Origin: an uncultured delta proteobacterium
GTDB lineage: Bacteria; Desulfobacterota; Binatia; DP-6
NCBI GenBank assembly: GCA_963815115.1
Contig: CAWFFN010000008.1
Location: 224,001-288,000 of the forward strand
Length of the DNA: 64,000 nt
Direction: 5' to 3'
Shown here: positions 1 to 9,974 of the stretch, piece after piece
How the letters are laid out: the number at the start of each line of letters is the position of its first letter
How positions within the stretch are numbered: position 1 is the first letter of the stretch
Notes under the pieces: generated by a model
What the model was told of the DNA's origin: nothing
The model's database searches: none
The model's input: only the letters and a program-made list of their open reading frames with translations
Translations under genes and position numbers: made by a program

Positions 1-658
1 AGGGTCCGCCTGAGTCGCCGTGGCAGGTATCCTGCTGCCAGGGTCGAGCGCGCCAGCAGAGCGAACGGGCCAGATCGCCGGGCCAGACCCCGAGAGCTGC
101 CATGCGTCTGGGACACCGCTTGAGACGTACGAAGCCCATCTCTTTGAGGCCCACGTTTCCCACCTCGTCCTGACCGTAGCCGACGATCGTGCCAACCGTC
201 CGCGGACGTGGCGTCCGACCGGCCAGTGGCACCGGATTGACACCCGCGACGGGTGCCTCGAGCAGGAGCATCGCGAGGTCGGCGACAGGAAAGCGAAACT
301 CAGGATGGATGGCGTAGCCGATGACGGCGTAGGAGGTTCTCGTGGTGGGAGTTGGGAAAAAGACGGCGTCGATCGCCACTGGGCCGTCAGCAACACAGTG
401 CGCTGCCGTAAGGATCACAGACGGGCTGACCAGCGTGCCGGTACAGAGACCGTAGTTCATCGGGTTCTGGATGCTGAGGCCGGCGACTGCGGGATACGCC
501 GCCGTGAAAACGCCGTTGATGATCTGGGGGACGGCGTGTTCGGCGAGATCTCGCTGGGCTTGCGGGACGGCGCGCAGCGCCGGATCCGGCAGCATTTGCC
601 ACGCGTTCGCGTGCGCGTATCCCAGTGTAGTGACGAGGACTAACGACAGCAGTCGCAT
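1..658 (-). CDS. Secreted trypsin-like (S1) serine protease, 3' end beyond the window edge
   Basis: Not in the ORF track; translated by hand from ATG at 658. It shows a signal peptide MRLLSLVLVTTLGYAHA, an IING mature-like N-terminus, CTGTLVSPSVILTAAHC, ADLAML and QDTCHGDSGGP (full catalytic triad), with a GAGAGGG RBS upstream. Confidence 0.93.
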   Translation of the reverse strand, partial: MRLLSLVLVTTLGYAHANAWQMLPDPALRAVPQAQRDLAEHAVPQIINGVFTAAYPAVAGLSIQNPMNYGLCTGTLVSPSVILTAAHCVADGPVAIDAVFFPTPTTRTSYAVIGYAIHPEFRFPVADLAMLLLEAPVAGVNPVPLAGRTPRPRTVGTIVGYGQDEVGNVGLKEMGFVRLKRCPRRMAALGVWPGDLARSLCWRARPWQQDTCHGDSGGP

Positions 659-1119
659 TGACACGAACTTCCCTCTCTTCGAACGGTTGCCGGCGTGACC
701 CCCATTGGCCGCGTTGGGCGCCCGGCTGGAGCGCCTGCTAGAGACGCCGGCTCCGTGCCGCGATGTGTCACGCCGCTCGCTGCCGACGCACAAAGATACA
801 GCGTCGCCTGGCGATACAGCCCGCCCGTGCAGCGTTTCTGGGCTACTAGGTGGTTCTGCTACCGCGCCTGGTCGGAGGTATTCGGGCGCGGATCGCTCGC
901 GCTTGCCGCGGAGTTCGGCGTCGAGCCATCCGTGCTTGTGCTCGCGCTCGCGGAGCTCGGGGGGAGGGCGAATCCTCGAGCTCAGCTTGATTGTTAACGA
1001 GGGTCTTCCAAGGTCCTACCAGGAGCGCGGCGACTCTTGAGATCCGCGCAGCCTGACGTGGGTCGTGGGACTATACGGAGCCATCCAATTCAAGTTAGAT
1101 GGTGACTAAAGGAGGACTC

Positions 1120-1443
1120 GTGTCCGATCACGACGAATCTCCACGAGGGGAGGGCCGTCAAGCTGCCCTTCAGGGAAGGGTCGACTTCCACCAAGCGCTA
1201 CTAAAGGAATACCGCACCCGCGGGTATCAGATTGTCCTTGCGCACGCAGGGCTGACTGTCAGCGCAGGTAGGTATGCCGTCGATCGTCCGGGACAGGAGT
1301 CGCTCGCGATCGCGTGTGCCATGACGGTCGTGACAGCCTTCCTGTACAACTGGCTCTCGCGTCTGAAGGAGAAATCGGACGGTCATCGAGATGACGCCAT
1401 GGGGCTGTACAAGCGTTTGGGGGTTGCGCTAGCTAGAGCGTGA
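1120..1443 (+). CDS. Small hypothetical protein with one or two hydrophobic segments
   Basis: GGAGG at 1111-1115 precedes an in-frame GTG at 1120. The ORF lies in a lower-GC patch. Confidence 0.5.
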   Translation: MSDHDESPRGEGRQAALQGRVDFHQALLKEYRTRGYQIVLAHAGLTVSAGRYAVDRPGQESLAIACAMTVVTAFLYNWLSRLKEKSDGHRDDAMGLYKRLGVALARA

Positions 1444-1629
1444 TTCTGAGCACCAGCATTCACGGCACCGCCTTTGGGGTCCGCTCGTCTGGTTCCCGTG
1501 GGCAGCCCTTATAGGTCTTTGGATTTGGATATTGGGTGCAAACGTTCGAACGCTCTGTGCCCTCGTCAAGTAACGCCATCATGGTAGAGTCCGCCAGCGC
1601 GACTCGTGCGCCGGCATACGGCTGCCGGC

Positions 1630-2409
1630 CTAGCGTGGGACGCGGGCGCGCGAGACTCGATGCCCGCGGCGGTCTCGCGCGGAGGTAGTGGCCCCGCTAC
1701 GCCGGTCGTCGAGCTGATCCGTATCGCGCAACTGCTCGGCCGCACGCCCGAAGCGCACTTGGAGCTCCGAGTCCTCTTCGAGGCGCCCGAGGTAGCTCTC
1801 TCCCCCATCGATGGCCGAGGCGGCGATCTCGTCCGCCAGCATCTCGATACTGATGCAGAACACGTGATCGGCTGCCCACCGGGTGCCGAGATATCCCAAC
1901 CAGTGATAGGGCCGCGTCCGCTTGGGGTACACTTGGAGATGTCGGCGATGGCGACCGCGGGCATACTCCCAGGCGATGCAGCGGTCGCCGTAGTGCACCA
2001 CCATCTGCGGCTGCGCCAGATGGACGAGCTTGTGCCGCCACTGCTGTTGCAGGAGCACGATCTGCTCGTCGGTGTACCGCATGACTTCGCGCATATACGT
2101 CGCGGCTCGCTTGCTCGTCGCTCCTCTCCTCGTCTCGCCGGCGTAGAGCGCGCCCAAGAGATCGATGGTGGCGAAGCAATGGATGAGCGCCGGAAAGTCC
2201 ACGTGTCGCCCTAGGTCAACCTCGGCGCCGCACGCTCCGCACGACACGGATTTCCGTAGGCAATGCGCAACGGCCGTCCGTAGCTCGGCCGCGTGTCTCT
2301 GCAGCATGAGCCGCGCCATCTCGAGCAACGCCCGCTCATCTTCGAAGGGCCCTAGCGTGGGCACTGCGCGCCGATCTCCCGCCGCCCGCGCGCCTCGACC
2401 ACCTGTCAT
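1630..2409 (-). CDS. Hypothetical protein with a HEPN-like Rx4H motif (start uncertain)
   Basis: Protein-like composition, a helical IDLLGALY segment followed by WRHKLVH, and a CxxC (CGAC). Confidence 0.6.
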   Translation of the reverse strand: MTGGRGARAAGDRRAVPTLGPFEDERALLEMARLMLQRHAAELRTAVAHCLRKSVSCGACGAEVDLGRHVDFPALIHCFATIDLLGALYAGETRRGATSKRAATYMREVMRYTDEQIVLLQQQWRHKLVHLAQPQMVVHYGDRCIAWEYARGRHRRHLQVYPKRTRPYHWLGYLGTRWAADHVFCISIEMLADEIAASAIDGGESYLGRLEEDSELQVRFGRAAEQLRDTDQLDDRRSGATTSARDRRGHRVSRARVPR

Positions 2410-2526
2410 GACGGCATGCTAGCCGAGTACACTGGGCCCTGCAACGAGCGCTGACGGTGCGGCGAATCAACGCGCGGGGTGGGCGCTGCCGCCGCACCGC
2501 TTCTTCTGGCGCGGCCGGGGTATCTC

Positions 2527-2613
2527 CCCCTTCGGAGCTCCCTTTGGCGCGCGGGGATTGCGTCGGATAAGGCCTTTTCCGTCACCTTTCACGAAAAGGG
2601 CGTTCATGGCGCC
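2527..2613 (+). repeat. 87-bp dispersed element, copy 1
   Basis: Identical to 9975-10061 (CCCCTTCGGAGCTCCC...GTTCATGGCGCC). Confidence 0.95.
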
Positions 2614-2747
2614 CATGTCCCCGACGACGTGATCGCGGCGATGCGGTGAGTGCAGAGTACCGCAGGATCCGGATTGTGCCGCTGCTCGAGCCACCGCCGG
2701 CGAAACTGCGGTCGTCGGAACCTGCGCGCGGTGATAGACGGAGCGCC

Positions 2748-3306
2748 GTGGTCGATGCGCCCGAGCCGCTCACGGACGAGGCGCTGGAGAAGGTCCTCGT
2801 TCGCGGCCTGCAACCCGGACGGGTGACGCTGATCGAGTACAACCCGACATGGCCAGCGGCCTCCGGACCCACCGTGCCCGCATCGAGCAGGCCCTCGGCG
2901 ACCGGATCCGCCTGATCGAGCACATCGGATCGACCGCGGTTCCCGGGCTGGCGGCCAAACCGATCATCGACGTCGTGGTGGCGGTGGACGACCCGACGAC
3001 GAGGGCTCCTACCTCGACGACCTGGTGAACGCCGGGTACGGCGTGCGGGTCAGGGAGCCGGGCCACCGATGCCTGCGGTTCACCGAGGGCGAGCCCGCCA
3101 ACGTCCACTGCTATGCCCCCCGGGTCCGTCGAGATACGCCGCTACCTGGCGCTGCGCGACCGTCTGCGTGCCACGCCGACGAGCGCGCCTGGTACGAGGC
3201 CACGAAACGTGAGCTCGCGCAGCGGGAATGGAAGGACGTGAACCACTACGCCGAGGCCAAGGGGCCGGTCATCCGGGCAATCCTGGAGCGCGCCCGCTGT
3301 GACTGA
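2748..3306 (+). pseudogene. GrpB family (UPF0157) nucleotidyltransferase-like protein, frameshifted
   Basis: YNPTWP, IEHIGSTAVPGLAAKPIIDV, NVHC, YLALRDRLR and YAEAKGPVI are spread over different frames, with about four single-base indels. These may be sequencing errors. Confidence 0.85.
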
Positions 3307-3527
3307 TCCACCGGGACAGGGCACTCGGCGGGCTGCAAGTTCGTAGCGCCGACTCGTTCCCAAGCGACCGATCACCGCCGACTGAGCGTCGCCTGGTCCC
3401 GATTCCCTGAATCCTCCGGAAGGTGGACCCCTGCATCCACCCTCGCGGCCCGTGCGTAGGGTCCATGAAATGGTTGCCGAACCGGCCGAATCCCGGCCGA
3501 AAATCCCGGGCAGCCCGGAGGAGTCCC

Positions 3528-4211
3528 ATGATGACCATTCGTTCCGAGAGTAGCAGGTGGCTGGCCCGTGCCGCGGTGGTCGCGGCGATCGCGGTCGCAC
3601 GCGTGAGCAGCGCACAGGAGCTCGATCAGAAGCAGTTCAACCTGTTCCCGGACCCATCGGTCGTGCGATGCCTGGCCGCGTTCCCCGACGATCCGTCGCG
3701 CCCGCCGTCGGCGAGCGTCACGGTCAAGCGCGGCAAGCTCAACGACCGCCTCGACATCACGCTGCGTAACATCAAGCCCGGGCTCGCCTTCGACATGTTC
3801 ACCGTCGAGCACAGCAAGTTCCTCGCCAACGGGACCGTCGATCCCGCCTTCGTCGCCCGGAACAAGAGCTTCGGCCTCGCCTGGTACCAGTCGGACCTCG
3901 AGGTAAAGAACGACCACCGCAACGTGACCACGATCCAGACCATCCTCGTCGACCAGATCTTCGGGTTCGACCCCGTCGTCGGGCTCGATCCGACCAACAC
4001 CTTCCACGTCGGCTTCTGGTTCAACGACCCGCAGGTTCCCTTCGACCTCGGGTGCGAGCCCGGCGCGGCGACGCCCACCGTGACTCCGTTTAACGGCGAG
4101 CACCACGCCGGCCCGCTCGCCATGATCAGCCTCCCCGAGGCGGCGACCGATCTCGGCCCGCTCTGCCTCAACCCCGATCTGTCCAGCGATCCGGTCCACT
4201 GCAATCCGTGA
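3528..4211 (+). CDS. Secreted hypothetical protein
   Basis: GGAGGAG RBS, signal peptide ending VSSA-Q, GC3-rich codon usage and Cys residues. Confidence 0.8.
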   Translation: MMTIRSESSRWLARAAVVAAIAVARVSSAQELDQKQFNLFPDPSVVRCLAAFPDDPSRPPSASVTVKRGKLNDRLDITLRNIKPGLAFDMFTVEHSKFLANGTVDPAFVARNKSFGLAWYQSDLEVKNDHRNVTTIQTILVDQIFGFDPVVGLDPTNTFHVGFWFNDPQVPFDLGCEPGAATPTVTPFNGEHHAGPLAMISLPEAATDLGPLCLNPDLSSDPVHCNP

Positions 4212-4356
4212 GTGGCCACCCATCAGGCCCGGGCTGCCCCGGGTGTTTCAGTCGAGCGCGTGGGCCCCGGGCCCGCGCGCTCGCGCGTTTCGGGTCCAGC
4301 CGTTCGGCGACCACGGGGGGCCGCCACGCGAGCGGTAGCATTCGTCGCCGGACTTC

Positions 4357-4405
4357 GGCCTTATCCGACGCAATCCCCGCGCGCCAAAGGGAGCTCCGAA
4401 GGGGG
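4357..4405 (-). repeat. Partial (49-bp) inverted copy of the dispersed element
   Basis: Its reverse complement equals 2526-2574. Confidence 0.93.
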
Positions 4406-4990
4406 CGCCGCACCCCACGCGCTGCGCGCTTCGGCGGGGAGTTCTACTGGACCGCGGACCTGGTCCGAAGCATCGAGGCCTTGCGGCAGAATCTACTCGA
4501 CGCGCGCGCGCTCCTCGGTTGGCTGCAGGCCGAGGACCCGCGCCCGGTCGGTGTCATGGGGCTCAGTCTCGGCGGCGCGCTGACCCTCGCGCACACCTGC
4601 CTGGAGCCCCGCTTCGCGTTTTCGATCCCGCTGATCGCACACATGGACCTCGCCGCGATGGTGGCAGACGCGCCCGTCCTGCGCAGCATGCGGCACGAGC
4701 TACGCCAGTTCGGCTGGGGTGTCGACGAGTTCGGGCGCTTCGTCCGCGACATCGGCTGGTACGACCTGGCGCCGAGGCTGCCGCCCGACCGCATCTACAT
4801 GTTCGCGGCATCGGACGACCGCTTGTTCGACCCGGGCATCGTGGAGGAAATGTGGCGGCGCTGGGGGCGGCCGGCGATCCGTTGGTACCCCGGAAGTCAC
4901 ATGGGCTTCCTCGTGCGCTTCCCCGACGCGATCGCGGAAGCGCGGCGCTTCATCGATCAGTCATCGGACCGCGGGGGCCGGGGCGATTGA
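4406..4990 (+). pseudogene. 5'-truncated alpha/beta hydrolase (ABHD18/DUF2048-like)
   Basis: GLSLGG nucleophile elbow, ASDDR acid and WYPGSH histidine motif. The hydrolase-like frame begins right at the repeat, with no N-terminal half. Confidence 0.75.
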
Positions 4991-6893
4991 CAGCAGACGC
5001 GTCACCGTCGCCCGGCGTGGCGGGCAGCACTATGGACCGCGCATTGCCGGCATTCCGTCGGTCCGACAGGATGCTGTCGTAGGTCACGACGGCGCCGCCG
5101 CCGGTCGCGGCCAGCGATGTGACGGCGTCATTGGCCGTCCCGGTCACGAGCGGAAATCCCTCGAGGTCGACCACTGAACCCGCCCGCGTGACCCGCGCGC
5201 CGTAGACGTCCGTGCCGTTCGTGGCCGCCTCCCGGCCGTCCGTCCACACGACGAGATACTCCGCACCCGTGAAGGCCGCCGCGATTCCGGTCTTCGCGCC
5301 CGGCGCGCTGGATACCACGAACTCGTCGCCGTCGGCCGAGAGATCTGCATGACGAAGCTGGCCTCGGATGACGGCCTTCTCCACCCAGAGGATGAGGTAC
5401 GATTCGCCGTCCGAAACGAGAGCGTGTGGCTCATCGTTGTATCGCCGGTCACTTTCCATCGGCCAGGGGACTGGCAGCACGGGCCGCGGCGGTAGAGCCA
5501 CGGCAGGTCCAGGCGACGCCGGTCCCGTCGCGGGCGCGATTGCGGCGCTCCACGCGGTGGGCTTCCAGCGGTTGCTGTAGGGAGCCGGGCTGCCAGGGGG
5601 CGGGAAATGCTCCCAGTCGGTGGAGGACCAGAGCACGCCGAATCCCCCCGCGCCCGGTACGACGAGGCCGTGCTGATCGCCGTGGGCCGCAATGGTGACG
5701 GGCGACGTCGCGCCGGACGAGAGGCGCGCTGCCCCCAGCACATAGCCGAGCTTCGAGCAGCTTCCGCAGCTCGTGAAGAGATCGATGACGATTTCCGACC
5801 AGAGCACGAAGTAGGCGCCGTCCTGGTAGGCCACCTGCGCGCCCGCGAACCAGCGGTCTCCCCCCTCGGATTCCAGCGACTTCAGCAACACGGGCTGTTC
5901 CAACGCAGTCCCGACCGCCGAGAGGCGAAGAGTGTAGAGCTCGACCGGTAAATCGGGCCCCGGCGTGGTGGCTGCCCGGAAGCCGACGCCATCAGAGGTG
6001 AGCCCTGCAATATCGGGCGGAAATACGAGCTCTCCCGGGTCGATCCAGGAGCCGTCCGGCCCGACGCGGCGCCAATGCTCGCCACCACTGTCGTGCCACC
6101 GCAACAGCGCACCGCCCGGTGCCGCCGTAGCGACCACCGCCCGCGAATCAGGTGCGGCGACAGGTGGGAGGACTTCCGGGCTGACGCTCGGCGCCCCCGC
6201 CGTCGTCGTGGTGGTCGACGTGGTGGTGGTCGTGGTCGTCGCTGGTGTCTCGAGCGCAGCGACGAACGCAGCCACGCAGACGTCGTCGATGATCGCCCCC
6301 ACCTCCGCCGCGTTGCCGAGCGGCGGCAGGCAGCGGTTCCGCGACTTCACCTCGAGCTTCGTGAAGCAGCCTTTGGTCGGATCGGCGCCCCCGTCGAACT
6401 TCGCTTTCGTCTTGTCGAGGCAGCCGTCGGCGTTCGGATCGTTCGGCTTCCCGGGGGTCTCCGCCTTCCGGTGGCACGTGAGCACGCTCCGCAGCTTCTG
6501 GGCCGCACACATCTTCTTCCCGGCGTTGCACTTGCTCTGGGTGAGTGGGGCCGGGTCGATCGCGCCGACGACCTGCTGCACGCACACGTCAACCAGCATC
6601 GCGACGAACGCGGTATCGTCGAACGTCACGCAGTCGTTGCGCGTCTTGGTCTCAAGCTTCCCGAAGCAGGTATCCGGCCCGACGACACCGAACTTGGCCC
6701 GCGCCTTGTCGATGCAGGCGCCGGCGTTCGGGTCCGCCGTCTTCTCGCATTTCAGCAGTGAGTCGACTGCCTTCGAGACACACTCGTTCTTGCCGGCCAG
6801 GCACTTGGTCTGCGGTCCCGCGGCGACGTCGGTCACGGCGGCCGTGAGCACGACCAGGACGCCGAATGCAACGAGGTTCAGGTGCTTCGTCAT
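4950..6893 (-). CDS. Secreted modular protein: duplicated Cys-rich helical domain, poly-Thr linker, C-terminal beta-repeat domain
   Basis: Signal peptide MTKHLNLVAFGVLVV, two KC.AGK..C...C..K...KF...CF.KLE.K units, TTTTTTTSTTTTT, then DGxxYLxxW / TDVYGARV repeats. Confidence 0.8.
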   Translation of the reverse strand: MTKHLNLVAFGVLVVLTAAVTDVAAGPQTKCLAGKNECVSKAVDSLLKCEKTADPNAGACIDKARAKFGVVGPDTCFGKLETKTRNDCVTFDDTAFVAMLVDVCVQQVVGAIDPAPLTQSKCNAGKKMCAAQKLRSVLTCHRKAETPGKPNDPNADGCLDKTKAKFDGGADPTKGCFTKLEVKSRNRCLPPLGNAAEVGAIIDDVCVAAFVAALETPATTTTTTTSTTTTTAGAPSVSPEVLPPVAAPDSRAVVATAAPGGALLRWHDSGGEHWRRVGPDGSWIDPGELVFPPDIAGLTSDGVGFRAATTPGPDLPVELYTLRLSAVGTALEQPVLLKSLESEGGDRWFAGAQVAYQDGAYFVLWSEIVIDLFTSCGSCSKLGYVLGAARLSSGATSPVTIAAHGDQHGLVVPGAGGFGVLWSSTDWEHFPPPGSPAPYSNRWKPTAWSAAIAPATGPASPGPAVALPPRPVLPVPWPMESDRRYNDEPHALVSDGESYLILWVEKAVIRGQLRHADLSADGDEFVVSSAPGAKTGIAAAFTGAEYLVVWTDGREAATNGTDVYGARVTRAGSVVDLEGFPLVTGTANDAVTSLAATGGGAVVTYDSILSDRRNAGNARSIVLPATPGDGDASAVNRPGPRGPMTDR

Positions 6894-7366
6894 GACCCGT
6901 CTCCGCGCTGCCCGCGGTTGGTCGTCGACCCTTGTATCGTCTCGGGACGCGCGAGGCGCGTCGCCGGTAGCCCGAGTCCTCGTCCAGCGCGCTCCCGCCG
7001 ATCGCAGCCCCCGATCGACGGACATCGCGAGACTCGAGCGCAAGGCGCGTGCCACACACTCGTCACGGAGGCAATGTGGCTCTTCCGGAGACCGCGTGGA
7101 CCTCGACTCTCGTCCGTCGGAATCGAGCGGGGCGTCTTCCCAAGATCGGGAAGCGACTCGCGCTGGCATAGTCCTCAGTGCTAGCCTGACATCTTTCACG
7201 GTGGGCTAGACCGTCGCATACGGCCGGCCCTCCAGTCAGGGGAAGATAACGGTGGGTGAGGACAAGCCGTCGAGCACATGGGCTACCTATGGCGAGTGCC
7301 CTGCTGAAGCCTCCCGCTGCGAGCCCCGGCGCGCGGCGCGGGACAGGCTTGGGACGCGTCCGGCGG

Positions 7367-8680
7367 TCATGGGTGGCGTGACGTCCACGCGGGGTCATCG
7401 GTCACGAGCTGCGTGAGCCAGGTCAGCAGAGTCGTCTCGTTCTCACTGAAGTTCGCCGGCGTGAACAGGGTGGTGTGCGTCGACCCGGGGAAGAAGAAGT
7501 AGTGGAAGCGGGCGGTCGGATCGAGCCGGTCCGCTGCCATGGTCACTAGCGCGCTCTGGAACGCCGGGCCGGAGAGCCCGGAGCCCGAGCTGATCGTCTC
7601 GTCTTGCAACGAGGAGATGAGCGCTAGGCGGGAGCCTGGGTACGTGCTCGCGAGTCCCGAGAAGAACAGGGACATATCGGTGCGACAGGGTGCGCCGCAC
7701 ACCGGGTCGGTGACGCGGTCGAGCCGCCAGCTCGCGAACGCGGGCGCATAGGACACCAATGGCGCCGAGGACGGCTCCAGGAACGGGCCCGAGTCGTCGA
7801 CCATCTCGACGGTCGCCGCGGGCCACCGTCCGCGGACGTCCGGGTAGTTCAACGCCGCGCCTAACCCGCCTGCCGATGAGCCGGCGATCACGACGCGATC
7901 GGCACCCGGGAACGTCGGCGCGAGCCGCGCCAGGTAGGCGAGCACGTTCGCGTGCCCGACGTGATAAAACATCCTCGTCGTCTGGCCGTCAAGGCTCGTG
8001 TAGGTGGCGACGTTCGTGCCGGCATGGAAGTCTCCGGTGCAGTACGGGACTATGACGAAGCTCCAGTCCTTAAATGGGTTCGCGGACATAGTTCGATCGA
8101 ACACAGTGCCGGTCAGATACTGAACGAACGCCGCAAACTGTGCTTGCCCAAACGGCCCGTGGACGGCCGTGTTCAGCACGAAGCACGTCAGGTAGTCCCA
8201 GCACCCGCCGCCGCCGTTCAGGAACACGAGGACGTGGTCCGACATCGCCGACGGGTTCAGGCCGATGCCCGTCGCCGAGCCGTCGTCGCAGGCGGAGTCC
8301 GGAAAATCGACCCATGTCCACGTATTGGTGGGCGCGACAATCGCTGAACCACCGGGGAGGGTCGTGCTGATGGTGGACGTCGTCGTCGTCGTCGAGCTTG
8401 TCGTCGTTGTTGTGGTAGGACACACGGGAGTACCCGTCTCCTTGCAGCTAGCTGCGCAGGATGAGGTAACCTGACTATGACATTGATGCTTGGCCTTTCT
8501 CATGCACCTACGAGCCTTACCACGTGGTGAAGTAGGACATGAGGCGACCGCAGCATCAACACAATCAATGACAGCACCGGAACAGGTCGATGCACACTCA
8601 TGGCAGGCCTTGGGAGTCTTGGCCATCGAACTCCCAATCGGGATAAGGACAAGCCACAATACACTCAGGAAATATCTCAT
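7367..8680 (-). CDS. Pectin acetylesterase (Notum-like) family hydrolase with N-terminal Cys-rich domain and Thr linker
   Basis: CDDGS, VFLNGGGGCWD, VPYCTGDFHAG, GSSAGG, DDSG and a C-terminal His, plus a signal peptide. Confidence 0.85.
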   Translation of the reverse strand: MRYFLSVLWLVLIPIGSSMAKTPKACHECASTCSGAVIDCVDAAVASCPTSPRGKARRCMRKAKHQCHSQVTSSCAASCKETGTPVCPTTTTTTSSTTTTTSTISTTLPGGSAIVAPTNTWTWVDFPDSACDDGSATGIGLNPSAMSDHVLVFLNGGGGCWDYLTCFVLNTAVHGPFGQAQFAAFVQYLTGTVFDRTMSANPFKDWSFVIVPYCTGDFHAGTNVATYTSLDGQTTRMFYHVGHANVLAYLARLAPTFPGADRVVIAGSSAGGLGAALNYPDVRGRWPAATVEMVDDSGPFLEPSSAPLVSYAPAFASWRLDRVTDPVCGAPCRTDMSLFFSGLASTYPGSRLALISSLQDETISSGSGLSGPAFQSALVTMAADRLDPTARFHYFFFPGSTHTTLFTPANFSENETTLLTWLTQLVTDDPAWTSRHP

Positions 8681-8701
8681 CGGTCTCGCCTTGTAGCGAC
8701 C

Positions 8702-9244
8702 TCACTGATGGTTCACTCTCTTGTAGTCGCGCACGAACTCCTCGATTGAGGCTATGTAGCCGTCGCGCAGCAGGGAAACAATGGAGACGGAGGGACCCAC
8801 ATCCGAGCCCAGCGTCAGCCACGTTATGGCACGAGTATACATTGCTTCATCACTCTTCTGTGGGATCAACTGCCAAAACATTAGATGCCAGAGTACGATC
8901 GAACCCGAAGTCATCCACGTTTGGTCCCTCGTTCGGAGGAAGTCAGCACCCACGTCTAGGCAGAGACAAGGATAAGTATGTGGATTATCAGTCGGTGGGA
9001 GTACTTTGATCCCTGCAGCCCTTAGTCGGCTTTCGACATCTGCTCTGTAAGTTGACTCGGGAATATCACTTATCCCGCTCACACTTATGCAAACGGACAT
9101 CGCATTGATCCCCTTGAGTGACGTCGCCTGAGTTCTGACCTGTGCCGGATCGGGTCGTTGCGCTAGTGCAGTACCTGTGGAGGCAGAAGACACCAGGAGG
9201 ATGAGGAGCAGGGACTTCAATGGTAAGTGTTTCATAGGGTTCAC
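8702..9244 (-). CDS. Secreted hypothetical protein (low GC)
   Basis: Signal peptide ending TALA-Q and protein-like composition, collinear with the downstream gene. Confidence 0.65.
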   Translation of the reverse strand: MNPMKHLPLKSLLLILLVSSASTGTALAQRPDPAQVRTQATSLKGINAMSVCISVSGISDIPESTYRADVESRLRAAGIKVLPPTDNPHTYPCLCLDVGADFLRTRDQTWMTSGSIVLWHLMFWQLIPQKSDEAMYTRAITWLTLGSDVGPSVSIVSLLRDGYIASIEEFVRDYKRVNHQ

Positions 9245-9532
9245 TTGTCATCCCGTACTGCTCGCACAAGACTTGGGCCAAACTTGTTGCCAATTCTCTG
9301 CGGGAGGCCACCTGGCACTAACGCGACTCCCCATGCGTCCCTAGCATCCACGAGTATGAGATTGTTATTGTCATAGTGACGGGGATCCGGAGGGGCCAAG
9401 CAGGCCTCTGCCCCTGGGAAATTGAGGCACTGGCACGTCATGGTGGTGGACGACCAGAAGCTGTTGGGCCCAGGATGCGCCACCTACTAGATGGGCCATC
9501 AGTGCTATTACCAAGAGCCGTACCAAGCGCAT
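9241..9532 (-). pseudogene. Small secreted protein, apparently frameshifted
   Basis: AAGGAG RBS, ATG at 9532 and signal peptide MRLVRLLVIALMAHLVGGASWA. A second frame ends at 9241, overlapping the next start (GTGA). Confidence 0.4.
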
Positions 9533-9974
9533 GTCCGGGTCTCCTTCGTCAGATCGAGCGTCAGCGGGATGAGCGGGGGGCAGAGCCGACAGCGTCCAGG
9601 TCAGTTGGCCGCGTGGACGGCCCCCCATCCCCTGCGCTGGTCAGGTGGGAGGTGATCAGAGGGATAGCTAGGCAGTTCTGGCCTCGGCAGTCCTCCTCCC
9701 TAGTTTGTCACACTCCACCAGCAGGTATCCCCATCCCATGCGGGGGAGGCTTCAGTCAAGCAAAAGTGGATGGCGGGCGCCGGAACCACTGACGACAGCG
9801 GCGCCTATGGCTACTCCGGGCCTCGTGCCCTGGCCCGGCATCGCCTTGGTCAATTCCGGGCCGGTCCAGCCGGGGTCCCTCCTGCCTAAGAACGGCCTCA
9901 GCCACGTGCAGGCTCTAGCAACGAGCCCGAGGGCCTTCAGCGACCGAGTTGCTGGAAGAGGTACAGCCTCGCGG

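Noticed and set aside
20-643. 207-aa plus-strand ORF
   Set aside because: It is the antisense shadow of the trypsin-like gene, which has clear catalytic motifs.
695-1040. Short overlapping ORFs or a possible ncRNA
   Set aside because: No recognisable motif, RBS or convincing structure.
2527-2613. 87-bp element as an integron attC site, tRNA-derived att site or enterobacterial REP (GTCGGATAAGGC resemblance)
   Set aside because: There are no RYYYAAC/GTTRRRY ends, no cloverleaf and no integrase. The REP match is only 12 nt and lacks the REP palindrome.
9600-9974. Intergenic stretch as a riboswitch, ncRNA or gene remnant
   Set aside because: No family motif or credible reading frame could be supported by eye.
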